From Felis catus (Eukaryota), in the NCBI RefSeq assembly GCF_018350175.1, contig NC_058382.1, positions 59,832,001 to 59,896,000 of the forward strand: a stretch of DNA of 64,000 nucleotides. The letters run 5' to 3'. This document shows, in pieces, positions 24,819 to 36,843 of this stretch. The stretch's first letter is position 1, and each line of letters starts with the position of its first letter. Position numbers and translations under genes: made by a program. Under the pieces are notes generated by a model. That model was given only the letters and a program-made list of their open reading frames with translations. It was not told where the DNA came from and ran no database searches.

Positions 24819-25716
24819 GGCTCGAGTACCAGCGGCCGAAGCACCCGATTTCCAGCAGTGACATCGAGGTGGCCTCCACGGGGACGCCCCTGCAGCAGGA
24901 GAGCCCCGAGCTGTACCGCAAAGGCACCACCCCCTCGGACCTGACCCCCGACGACAGCCCCCTGCAGAGCTTCCCCGCCAGCCCCACGGCCACCCCGCCC
25001 CCGGCCCCTGCCTCACGGAACAAGGTTGCCCACTTCTCCCGGCAGGTCTCTGTGGACGAGGAGCGAGGCGGGGACATCCAGATGCTCCTGGAGGGCCGGG
25101 GAGGGGACTATGCCCGCAACAGCTGGGGCGAGGAGAAGGCCGGCAGCTCCAGGGGCGTCCGCGGCGGCGCCCTCCGCAGCGGTCAGCCCGCAGACGACTT
25201 CCGCTCCCGGAGCTCGGGCCACAGGCAGCCCGGCAACCCCAAGTCCCGGGAGCGGCGGACGGAGTCGCCCCCCACCTTCTCCTGGACTTCCCACCACCGG
25301 ACCGGCAACCCGGCTCGGCGGGCGCCAAGCTGCTGGAGCTGGAGGAGGAGAAGTTGAGCAACTACGAGACGGAGATGAAACCGCTGCGGCGGATGGACTC
25401 GTGCGCGCAGGAGGCGCACCCCCAGAAGAGGCGCTCCAGCAGGGGCGGCGCCTGCCGGGGCCTGGGCGAGGACCACCGCCCCGAGGAGCGGGGCTTCGGG
25501 GCGCAGAGGCTGCGGTCCAAGCCCCAGAGCAAGGACGGCGCCAGGCCGGCCTCGTGCATGGAGCCCGCGGTGCAGAGGCTGGAGAGCCTGCGGCTGGGAG
25601 AGCGGGCTGAGCCGCGGCTGCTGCGCTGGGACCTGGCCTTCTCCCCGCCCCAGAAGTCCTCCCCGGTAGCGCTGGAGTCGGACGGAGAGGACGGGGACGA
25701 GCTCAAACCCAGCACG
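24819..25716 (+). CDS. JPH3: Junctophilin-3, coding exon 4 (divergent region), with an apparent 1-nt deletion near 25309-25311
   Basis: Acceptor aaag|GG and donor ACG|gtgagt. It encodes LEYQRPK...GTTPSDLTPDDSPLQSF...RQVSVDEERGGDIQMLLEG...WTSHHR, then in a shifted frame GAKLLELEEEKLSNY...LLRWDLAFSPPQKS...DELKPST. The 898-bp length is one short of the required 2+3n. Confidence 0.95.
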
Positions 25717-27322
25717 GTGAGTGGCGGCGCCGGCCCTGGGCCCGCGGTCAGCACGTGGCCGCCTCCAGCCGAGGGCTGGCTCCTTCCCTCCAGGAGCCCG
25801 GGGCGGGCGACGGGGTCCCCCTCCCTTTCGGTCTCAGAGAGGGCTGACCCCAGGCCTGACCCCAGCCGCCAAGGCGCGTGGGTGGTTCTGGAGGCGCCCA
25901 AACCAACCGGGCAGCCCGGGAGCCCCGTCCTCACCTAGACGCCCCCGCGGTCCAGGAAGGTCAGCCCCTGCTCTGGTAAGGAGGCCGGGGCTCGCGCCTG
26001 CTTCCTCCCACGGCAGGCAGCGTGGAGGCACCTGGACTGCGTGGTGCCGGGGTGGGCCCACCCCCAGGAGGGACTCTCTGGGACCCTCTACCTGTGAGCA
26101 GACGTGTCCTGCCCCTCCCCTGGCTTCTCAGACCCACCCTGGGACTGATGCCCCCGTGTGCTCTGTGCCGGGACCTACGGCCCCAGTCCCTCAGGGCCTG
26201 ATCACCTGGCCGAGTGCCACGTACCTGCCCCACGGGGACACTTCTGGGACCCCGCTGCGAGGCAGGGTCTGTGTCCACTGCCGGCCCCTGGAGGAGCTAC
26301 ACCACTGGCGTGTCGGGGCCCCGTGCTCCTTGAGAGAGACGCTTTCTGTGGACAGGTGCCCCCCGAGACCACCGTGAGCATCTCGAGAGCAGGCTGGTTC
26401 CTTAGTGCTCCTGCCTTCTCGCACCCAGGTCCCCCCAGACAGCAGCCCTGTGGTCGGCACTGGGAGCACCCGTGGGCTCGCTGCTCTGTTCCCTGTCCCA
26501 GCAGCCAGAACCATCTGCACGCATCTGTATACGGAGCGTGCGCAGCGTGCGTGTGGTTACTTTTGGAAGCCAGATGACGGCCGGGGAAGGGATGTGGGAG
26601 GAGGTTCCAGATTTGGCCTCCTTCACCACGTTGGTGCTTCCCAATGAAGCTCCCTTGGGGTGAGGTGCCAGCCAGCGGCTGGCCTCCAGCCGGGCACCTG
26701 TGTTTATTCCGTTGGGACGGCCGGTGTCCTGTGTCCTCCGAGGTCCTCTCGGGGTCAGCGCGGTGCCCTGTCCGATACGGTGGTCTCTGCACCCATCACC
26801 GCGGAGGCTCCAAGGAGAGCCGGGCCCAGGAAGGGGAGGCTGAGACCTGGATGCCCAGCTCACCCGAACCTCTGCTCCAGGGGCAGGAAAGGCCTGGAGG
26901 TGGCCGGTGGCCGGGCAGGGACAACACTTAGCACAGAGCTTGAGCGGCGACGGGGAAGGAGGCGCTTGCTGAGGAGTGTGTGCTTAAAGGATCACTCGAG
27001 GGCTCGGACGTTGCCGGGTGGCGTGGGCTCTCGGGCTGAATGCTGGGGCCGTCCCGGGTGGGCCGCATCTGAACTCCCGGGCCGGTGTTCTCTCGTCCCA
27101 GTTGCGGGGCTGGGGACGAAGGTTAATACCGGTGTGGGGACGCTGACTTAAAGCAACCTGGCGTGCTGGGAGGGAGGTCGGCACCGGGCATTCTGGGCCC
27201 GGTCGCTGCAGCCCGGGGAGCAGGAGGACCCTCTCCCGGGCTTCGGTCGTCCTCTGGGAGCTCCTGGTTTGGGGGGGCAGGGGCAGGCTGGGCGCGGGCT
27301 CACCTCTCCTGTCCTGTTGCAG

Positions 27323-27403
27323 GGCTCGGCCCCCATCCTGGTGGCCATGGTGATCTTGCTCAACATCGGAGTCGCCATCTTGTTTATTAACTTTTTCATC
27401 TGA
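27323..27403 (+). CDS. JPH3: Junctophilin-3, last coding exon (C-terminal ER/SR transmembrane anchor)
   Basis: Acceptor cctgttgcag|GGC; encodes GSAPILVAMVILLNIGVAILFINFFI followed by TGA. Confidence 0.97.
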   Translation, partial: GSAPILVAMVILLNIGVAILFINFFI

Positions 27404-28805
27404 GGAGACGTCGCGTGAGCAAAAACAGCGGTCGATGTACAAAAGGGGGACGTTTAAAAAAAAAAAAAAAAAAAACGACAGAAAGGAAAGGATGGTCACT
27501 CAGACGGCCGGACAACCACTTCTGAGACTTTTCACAGAACAATGTGATTGGGTATTACTCACAGTTTGCCTTTTTTTCTGGGTAATGTTTTTTGGATTTT
27601 AGCCAAAATTCTTTGCTTGTATAACACGATGCTGTGTGGCATGGCAGAAGGAGGCCAGCACGCCGACCCTCCAGCTTGGTGTGGAAAGGAAAGGGACCCC
27701 GGCAAATCAATGGCCAAAAAACAAAACGGTCACCGTCCTCGCCGCCATCACACTCCATCTGGGACTGGAAAAGGAGGCGGCCGGAGGAAGACCCCAGCGC
27801 GTCCAGCTGTGCTGTGAGGCTGAATGCGGGAAGTCTGTTACCTGTGCCGCTCCCCTGGGTCCTGGAATAGCGGGTGACAAGTAGGGGCGGGGGGCGGGGG
27901 GGGGAGTGGGCGCGCCTTCCCAGCAGGCAGCAGCCGAGGCCGCTTCCTGTTTTGAGTCTGTGCCGTGTACCTGAGGAAGCAGGGATCTGCCGCCTCTCCC
28001 CAAGGAGTCTGAGAGCAAGGTCCTCCTTCCCCACGGTCTGCCCCCTCCCCCACCACTCCCCCCTTCGTCCCACACCCCCAGCAGCAGTGGTGCGGACGGG
28101 ACAGAGGGCAGGGAGTGCCGTGGGGCCACCTAGCTGCCACGCCCGGCTCCGAGTGTGTGGCCTTTCTCCACTTGGCATGCAGGATGTGTATCCCGGCTCC
28201 CCTGTCCCTGTCAGACGTCCATGGCAGTGACCTGGCCCGCGGCGACGTCATTCCCTCTCGCGGTCCCCGGCCACATGGGTTTTCACGTCTTTGTCCTGTG
28301 CCGGCCTCCACGTCCCCCACAGATATGCACACTCTTTCCAGATGCCTCGTTCATACTCCGGAGCTGGTCTGGGCCCAGGACAGGAATGTGGGTGAAACCC
28401 AGTGGCTTCCAAACACCTGAGCACTCGCTGCTGCCCCCTCTCCCCCAAAAGACACAACTCTGCCTTCTCGACCAATGTTGCACCACCATCCAAACGAGAG
28501 AACAAGGTTCCAGAATGTGCGGGCGCCCCGTGGTCCTAGCGCTGGAGCCAGCCCCGGCCAGGGCGTATGGACGTGTCTGTGGGGCATGGCCACGTCCATA
28601 CCCCGGCCCCTGCGCTCGCGCCCGGGACGGCCCTGACCGTGAGCTTCCACGGCCGTCCTGGGCACAGCCCGGCTACGGACTCTGCCTTGCTTTGCTCATG
28701 TTTAGCTGCTCCTCTGCTGCCTTTCAAGCAGGTTTCTTTACTACACTGCACTGGATTGCTATATTTTTAACCAGAAATAAACTAAAGATTAGAGCATGTT
28801 CCAGT
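27404..28805 (+). other. JPH3: JPH3 3' UTR (to the proximal poly(A) site; end approximate)
   Basis: Runs from the stop codon to about 20 nt past AATAAA at 28776. Contains an A20 run at 27456-27475. Confidence 0.7.
28776..28781 (+). terminator. JPH3: JPH3 proximal polyadenylation signal AATAAA
   Basis: AATAAA followed about 35 nt later by the U-rich element gttttattttttccgtt. Confidence 0.75.
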
Positions 28806-29030
28806 AGGATCCAGTTTTATTTTTTCCGTTCTACACTCTCTCTCCCCATTTCTTCTCACGGTTTGGCTTAGTTTGGGGTCTTTTTGGGGAGTGGGGCACA
28901 GGAGAGGGAGGGTCCGTAAGAAATGCGTTTCTGGTAACGTTACTTTCTAGAGGGATGTTACGTCTTTTGTACATCTTACTCTCCGTTCTTTTTTAACATC
29001 GAGTGGCTGCTGCAGACCCGAAGTGAACCA

Positions 29031-29036
29031 AATAAA
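29031..29036 (+). terminator. JPH3: Candidate distal JPH3 polyadenylation signal AATAAA
   Basis: AATAAA with upstream TGTA (28968) and downstream GU/U-rich atgtgttttctaactgttt. Confidence 0.5.
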
Positions 29037-32000
29037 GATTCCTGCTCCTTGCGGCTCAGAACCCTCCATGTGGGACATGTGTTTTCTAACTGTTTGCACC
29101 TCTTCGTGAAGACCACAGCCTTTTGTACGTTCCGGTAACTGCACGACACCAAACGGTACCTCGGACCGCAGGTTACACACGCACGTGCCGCCCCGGGAGG
29201 AGATCAGGGAAGTGTGTGTGGCCCAGCGAAAGCAACACTGGTTTCATGCCCAGGGGCTCCCGCACAGGTGACTGGCTCGTGTCCCCTCACACGTCCGGCC
29301 CCTGCTACCACAGGTGTGAAAACCAGACTGCACACCCGGGGTATCCCAGCGGATCCCACCGAGACCACCGCTCCGGGCCTGAGAGAGTCTAGAAGCCGAT
29401 TAAGGAGCGGGACAGCTCAGCACGGGGGAGTGCTCCTGCTCACCTGGCGGGCTGGGCTCGTCCTACCGGCCCAGAGGCCCAGCTTTTCCCAGTGGCTGTG
29501 CCAGTCCCGGGCCGGGGCCAGAGCAGCCGACCTCCTCCCGTGCGCTCCCGGTGGACGTGCACGCACAGCAACACCAGGCCACGAGGGACGTGTGGGTCAG
29601 GGCTGGCCCCCGGGGGGGTACAAAGTGACGAGTTTTAATTAGTCCCAGAGCCACCTCGTGAGAGTCCTTTCCTCCCCTGGCAGCTGCTTCCACGCTCTGG
29701 ACGTGAACGCCAGAGGCAGACAGGTGGAGTTGCCAGGGACGCCGAGCCAGGGCCTGTGGGTAGGTGGGCCGAGAGGCACCGCGCCACACTCCCCTCGCGC
29801 TGCCCTCCCGAGGCTGGGAACCCTGCACTCACACCCTCCGCCCCACCCCCCACCCCAGGGTCCTCAGGCGACTCGTCTGTGCCCACAGTCCGCCTTCACC
29901 AACGTGAGGAAACTCGCACACTGGGTTACTTGTGCTTCTGGGCACGTGCTCGATGCCCGAAGCACTCGGGTGACTTCGGGCACGTGAAGAACGATCCATT
30001 CTTCCAAGCTCCCTGATCAACAGCACCCAGGATTCCTAGAGACACACAGCAGGGATGTGACACACGAGCCCGCGAACTTGCAAAGAGGACGTCGACGTGC
30101 AAAGAGGCTAACCTGCGGGTAGCCACGGCAGTGCGACGCCTGCTGCCAAAACCACTCTCCCGAGAAGTCCACAACCACGTTTACCAGACCACGAACTCCC
30201 GTGTTGCAACTGCCACACAGGCGCTGAGCAAACACATACACTGTAGGATGACGGGCTCCCCGGCGGGGCAGGAAGAGCACGGGCCGGGCTCCCCCGTCCC
30301 CGGACGCCCTTCGGTGCCAGGCTGGGGGCCCAGGGCACCCAACCCCTGACGTCCCAACCGGGCCCTAGAAATGCTCCCTCTTGTACCGTCCACAAGTCCC
30401 GGTCTGGACGGTAGATTCCACGGCCGCCCCACTTAAAGCCAGATGACGTGGCTGAGGGCCCCGAGTAGACGCATCACGGGCTTGACCTAGATGAACGTCC
30501 GGGGGACTAACGGAAATACAGTGGTGTTCACGTTTTCCGGTTTGGGATCTCGGCCACCTTGCTCTCATCTCCCCCCGACTCCGCACCAGTGCTGCCGCCG
30601 CGGGCAGGGGTCCCCTCCGAGGTGAATCTCACACCTGTAGGTGGACGACGGGTGCCCAAAGCGGCCTGACTCCGGGAGAGGTGCTGGCGTCGCCCCCACA
30701 TGCACAGGACGACACCTCTCAAGACGGAGGGGAGGGGAGGGCCGGCCTCCACTCGGCATCAGTAATCCCGCTTTCTCCGGCTCAAAGAGGTCTCGTCTTC
30801 CGGGTTTTCTTGCCTTCGGTCTCAGAAACTTAAAGGTGCCTACTAGGTTTTAAGGCCTCTATGTCCGTAGCTGCACGTGCCGCCGACCCTACAATTAACG
30901 GACGGCACTGAGGACCGCCGACAATGTCTCGCGTTTCCACTGGGTCTTGCCTGGACAGGACCTGCTCGTGTCAGTAAAGCGTAAAAGTGATTCCAGACAA
31001 GAAACGGGAAGAAGAGTGAAGTGCTCTTGTCGGAAAACCAAGGTGTCTCTTAGTTTTGTTCCCTGCCCGGGGAACCGTGTGTCACGCGATACCGTCCGTA
31101 AGCAAAGACTAGAAAAATGACCCGTCCCCAAGTGTCCTCAAGATCTGTCCCTGAGAAGTGTCGCTAATTCAGCCTTAAAAGCAAGAAAAAGTGCAGCTGC
31201 CTTTGTCGAAAAACAACACAGCGAAGCCGGGACGGTCTGAAAGGTGTGGGAAGCGCAGGTGGCCGTCACCGGAAGGCTGCGGAAGAGGGCGGGGGGCGCG
31301 CGGGCACCGGGAGGCGCTGCACGCGGGAGACGACGGCACTCGGGCGGCGCTCAGACCGTGAAAGCCCCCAAGGGCGCAGAAGCACCTCGCTGCGGGATGG
31401 CCGCGTGCTCTCCACCACCGGAGGCCGCGAGCCAGGAACCGAGGGCGCCTCTGCCCGAGAACCCACGCGGAGGGGGCCTGACGCACACGGGGGCAGACAC
31501 GTTCCAGCCTGTTCCTCGGCCTCAGAGGGGCAGGCAGCCCTGCCAGGAGGGGCAGAGCCACGTGTGGCCACGAGCAGTCCGGGGCGCATCTGGGTGCGGT
31601 GGCCCGCGCCTGGGCCTTCGGGGACGGCAGGGAGCGGCACACCTCACACCTACCTCATCTCCGTCCGCTCCTAACGCTCCCCCCGCCGCCGTGTGTGCGC
31701 ACGCCCTCCCCGCCGCCCCCACAGACGCGCGTGTGGGCCTCCGGCCGGTGCCCCGAGGACCGCGGCAGCCCCCGCCCAGAGAGGCGGGAGGCCCCAGGGG
31801 ACGGCGAGACGGGTCCCGGCCGGCCCTCAGTCCCCTCCACCTTGCCGGTAGCACCTGCCGCGGCGACTCCCCCCACGCCTGCATCGAAGGTCGGACAGAG
31901 ACGGGCACCCGAGCTGCTCGAGCACGCGTGAGGACCGCCAGTCCCTTAAGATCGGAGTTCCCGTCTCCCACTGCTTCCCGCGCGAGGACACACGTTGCAG

Positions 32001-35000
32001 ACGGAGGGCCTTCCACCAGACACTCCTCAACTGCGTCTCCCTCCCCAACCACGATCGGCTCCCCGCGGGGACAGGCACGCCCGCCAGCGGCCTGTGGAAG
32101 GCGGGAAAGGGCAGGAAGGGGGCTGCTCTCCAGTCCACCCGGCCCGGGCTGCCCCGCGGGGGGCAGGTTCAGGGAAGAGACCGGTCCGCGGGTGCGCCCC
32201 ACGACCCCCGAGCGGGCCCTGCGCTGGCCGGCACGGTCACTGCCACCACCAGGGCGGCGTGGCCTGCTTCTCCCGGCCCCGCACCCGCTGCTGGTGGCCG
32301 GCCCTCGGCGCTCGCCCGTGAGCGCTGAGCCGCTGGTGCGTCCCGTGCACTCAGCTGAACCCCACCGTCCCCTCCGGCCGACCCTGCCTATGTGCCCCAT
32401 TCGCCACGTCCAAAGAAAGCCCACCCGGTGTAATGTAGCCTGACAGAAGTACCGCCCTCACCGCCCGGTGAGCAGCGTGTGAAACCCGGCCCTCGCGCCA
32501 GACGGCAGGCCGCTGACCCTGACACAGATGCCTTTTCGCGAGTTCTAACCGAAACCGGTCTCGATCTGCATTTTCTTTTTTCCACCTTTTCCCCTGGTGC
32601 ATGTAAACTGTTTGTTAACACAGCGCAATCATTTGTGCATTGACGAAAAGGGAACGTCGACTATGTTCTGATTCTTCTTACTGACGAAGCAGCTAAAAAT
32701 GTTACCTCGCCATTTTATCTTTTAGCTGGAAAAAATAGCTTGGTTACTTACGAGATGAAAATTCAATACTTTTCTTTAATGAATGTAACAGTTTGAGTCC
32801 TACCACTATTCTGTATTTCGCTCTCTGAAAGCAAGGGCCGCTGTCCAGGTTTGAAAACGTTTTGCTCCTTTTAGTAATAAACATCATCGTTTGACAACTG
32901 TGGGTTCTCTGCATCGTCTCCTCACAAGCCAGGGTCTTTATCACGGGGTCCTTCTCCTGCCCAAACTCTGAGATGGATAAACGCAAATCCCGCTCGGGGC
33001 GGAGCTCTGGCGGGAGAGCGCTGTGGGCAGGGGCGGAGCGCAGCCCCACCTCCCGGAGCCCGCCCTGCCCCCAGCGCCCCCCCCCTCCCCTGTGCTAGTC
33101 CCCAGGGGCCTCACGGCATAGTTTTGTCCCACCTGTTTTGATTTTCTTAACCTTCAACATCCACGCTTCTTGTGGGGAGCCTCCCCGGCCTTTCTTTCCG
33201 ACTGGAGTTTCCCCCACCCGCGGATCCCCCCACACACATACACCTGGGCCTTCCCAGGCCCACCCCCACACTCAGGCACAGGGCTCCTGAGCTCCACACC
33301 CCAGCTCAGGTCCGGTCCAGAGGACGACGACAGGCCCCAGCCCCACAGCCGCTCGACACCAGCAAACCAGGCCCAGCACCGGATCCGCCCGCGGCGCTCC
33401 CCACGCGCCGATGGCTTACATCCTTGGCCCCTGGCTGTGCTGGTTGGTGCCTCGGCTGCCCACGGGACACCGTGGTCACACTGCGGTCACACCGCCGGTG
33501 GGTGACCAGACCCAGCTGGAACCCGGCACTGCTAAAGCTCTCTCCCAAGACAACAACGAAGGTGCCTGTGGCCTACGACTCAGGAGCTCCCTGGGCCAAG
33601 TAAGACAACACTGGTCTCTGGTGACCGAAGGCCTGCACACAGCTTGCGTCCCACTTTCAAACATCCAGGAAAAGAGCAGTTACTAGAAAGCCCCTTCAGT
33701 GCTCATGCAACTCAGCAGTGGACAGACGAAGCTCACACTCCCTCGAGCCGAAGCCAACCACCCCCTCCCCCGTGCTAGGGAGCGGCTGCCCCCTCTGCAG
33801 CCCCTGCTCAACACCGTGTCACCACTTCCTCACCCCAGCACACTTGGGGGGGCTGGTTCCCAAGTGTGACCTCACTTGTGTCACCTGCTCTGAACCTGAG
33901 CTCGAGCCTCACCTCCCCGGGGGGGGCTGCCTGAGGGTCCCTCTAGCCCCAAGGGACGGCCCTGCGGAGATCATCTGTCACCGGCAGGGCCTGGCCAGCC
34001 TCTGGCCCTTCAATGAACCTGTCAGCCGGCCACTGACTCCTCGCTTGTACGACTTGGTTTACAAACAAACAAAAAGCAAAACAGAACAAAAAACCCACAA
34101 CATGTTAAACTGCAATAAATACCACTACTGCGCCTTTTAGAAACAAACAGAAAGCGCTTTGAATGATGAGGATTTCCGGGCTTAATTGGTGGTTTCCTTG
34201 GCTTTTGTTCAATTCAACCCAAGGCCAGAAACCTCCCACCTCTGACCAACTACCCTCTGGCAGCAGGACCTAGAGCGCCGCCACCACTCCTGGGACTTGG
34301 GGACATGGAGAACTACTCACACTCAAACCCCCACTGACCCCGCTCACGCAGCTCTGCCAAGTCGGGGGGGGGGGGGGCAGCTGACGCAGCCTAAGAGAAG
34401 GGGGTGGGTGGTGCGGGGCTTACCAACAGCTCAGCCCACCGAGGAGCAGACGATACAGGTGTACGATCGCGGGGCCCTTGCTGACCCGAATACAGCCGTT
34501 TCCAGCTGTTCCGGCTCCAGCACCACCGGCAATGGAGGACCCCGGCTTCAGACGGGCCACTCGTGCCCGTGGTGGCCCTCAGGGGTCCAGAACATCCAGC
34601 TGGGCACACCAGTCACCAACAGAGAACTGGGGTGTGCTGGGTCCCGCTCCTGGGGGGCTCTCGCGGCCCTAGAACGCATTCTTTGCCTCTCCTGCTGCTC
34701 AACATCTAAGGTGCACCTTACCTGGTGTCTCCATCACAGCAAGGAGGCAGCAGAGGCGAGAGCAGCTGTTCACCCGTGTGAACTCAAACCGAGCTTCTAG
34801 CAACAACCCTACGGACACGACAGCAAAACAGACTTGTCTGTATAAGGAGTCTCTTCTTCGGGAAATCTGTTGGATTCAAAAACATCCTCTTCCCTCAAAC
34901 CTGCCGTGTCACCTCAACCAGGAGGATGCGACACCAGCCTCTGAAACAGAAACCCGAGGCAGAGCCGGCAAGCCCTTCCGACAACCTCCTCCTAACGCAG

Positions 35001-36038
35001 CGGCCAGGAGAGCAGCAGCTGCACGGTGGGGGCTGGAGGGCACGTCGCAGGAGCGGGCAGCGTGGGCCCCGGGAGGACCCGGGAGGTCCGCGCACCAGCC
35101 ATGGCGTTCCGCCAGCCCTGCCTGAGAATCTTCCGGCTAGATTCCACCCAGAGTATCCAAGGAAGGCCCAGACTGCCCCGGCAGCCAAGAGGGGTGCCAG
35201 CGATATGCCACCCGAGCCAGAGTGCCAGCTTTTCTAGCAAACCCAGCCCCCGTTGGCCAAGGGGTGCCGTGCTGCCCGACAGCCACACTGGCCTCTCTCC
35301 GATGGCCGGGGCTCCGGTGGGCACCCCCCAGAGGCAGGCTTCCCATTTCTGAGCTGCTGGTGAGAGCACACCCCGGCGGGTCCTGCTACAGAGCAGCGTG
35401 CAAGTCCGACGAGAGTGGTCGCGCCGGGCACCGTGAGGAGGCGAGGTGGGGCGAGGGGCTGCTGCTGGGGCACGTCAGCCCTCCTCCTTCCACGAAAGCC
35501 TTGCTAGGACGGGCCCTGCTCCGCCACCCGGCGCATTCCCACACTGGTCTGTGAGCGTCCCAGCAACGAACAGGATGGCCTGGTCCAGGACACAGATGGG
35601 ATGCTGATCCTGTTACTACACACTAAAATACTACCTTCTCATTACTGCAACTATTGAAGATAAAAAAGTGCACCAAGTGTGAATTCAAAGCCTAACATCT
35701 GACCCCAATTATACCAATGAAACCTGGTCTCTGGCCATCAACCCTGGAGCAGGCCCCAGATGGCGTGCGAGCAGTCCGCAGGCCTCCCCCGCGACGGACT
35801 CCCGCTCCAGAGGCGCTGGATGGCGACACCGCGTGCAGACAGCGGGGTGCCTCCCTCTGGCTTCCCCTCCTCCGGTCACTTTGCCGAGGACAACCTGGGG
35901 GCTGACCGGGAAAGGAGCAGGGGTGGCCCCACCACCTCTTCCCAGGAAACGCTAACGGAGTGGCTCTGAGTCGGGTCCGTGGGCTCACAGACCCCCGAGC
36001 AAAGCCAGTGGCACGACAGCCACAGAGCCGATAGGAGC

Positions 36039-36044
36039 TTTATT
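36039..36044 (-). terminator. KLHDC4: KLHDC4 polyadenylation signal AATAAA
   Basis: tttatt on +; on - it is followed by the GU-rich ctctgtggctgtcgtg; lies about 370 nt past the predicted stop. Confidence 0.7.
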
Positions 36045-36408
36045 TCAGAGTCGGGCAGAGACACGAAGCGTGGAAAGGTGGCCGGTGGGCTGCGACCGAG
36101 AACTTCCGGAAATCACAGCGGGGGCCTCCGGCCTGACGACGCACCGCCACATGGGAAACCCCCGGCTCCCTGTCCGGCGGAAGGGAGATCTCCCGCAAAG
36201 CATAAGGCACCTCTCTGCCTCGTATTCACGGCACCGCCGGCAGCGCGGGGACCTCGCCCTCCACGACACCACCCCTGCCGCAGCTTTCCTCTACGTCGTC
36301 ACGGCCCACGCCAACACCGCGGAAGGAGCCACACCACGCAGGATGCCCTGCAGCGCGGGGGGCACTCCCCGTCTTCAGACGGCAATGGCCTGGGCGTGGC
36401 GCCCAGCG

Positions 36409-36518
36409 TCATCCAGGGCGAGCCGGGCAGGTGCCACCGAGGGTCGTGGGCTCTTCCGTGGGGAAGAGGGGGAGGCAGGCGGGGCGGGCAGGCAGCCGCA
36501 GAGGCCACAGCTCACTGG
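36409..36518 (-). CDS. KLHDC4: KLHDC4 probable terminal exon, coding part
   Basis: Acceptor ttcaccccgtcag|CCAGTGAG. Phase-1 joining to exon 11 gives (A)SELWPLRLPARPACLPLFPTEEPTTLGGTCPARPG then TGA, with AATAAA downstream. Confidence 0.55.
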
Positions 36519-36843
36519 CTGACGGGGTGAACACCGGAGTTACAGAAACCATGTCGCGAGTGCGCTCTTCAATCAAAGAAAGCGACCCGGCGCGGCCCAA
36601 ACGTACTCGAAATACAAATGTTCTCGCAAAAACTTAGGCTCGCCTTGAGAGGGCGTCTACGAAGTAAAGCCACGTTTTAATAGAACTTTACTGAAGCATG
36701 AAAGTCTCTCATTACCAGCAAAAATCGGGGCTTTGGGAGCAAAGCGACCCCTGAGCTCTAGGTCCGGCAGGGGGTGCTTGGCTCCGGAGCTGCTCTGCCG
36801 TGGGTCTCCTGCCGCCCGGCGCCGGCATGCGCACCACACTCAC

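Noticed and set aside
25301..25330. Programmed ribosomal frameshift or micro-intron explaining the JPH3 frame break
   Set aside because: No slippery heptamer and no GT-AG pair that restores the frame locally; one missing base explains it fully.
31244..32443. 399-aa (+) and 300-aa (-) intergenic ORFs as new genes
   Set aside because: Low-complexity Ala/Arg/Pro/Gly content, non-ATG starts and no recognisable domain; expected from stop-codon scarcity at this GC content.
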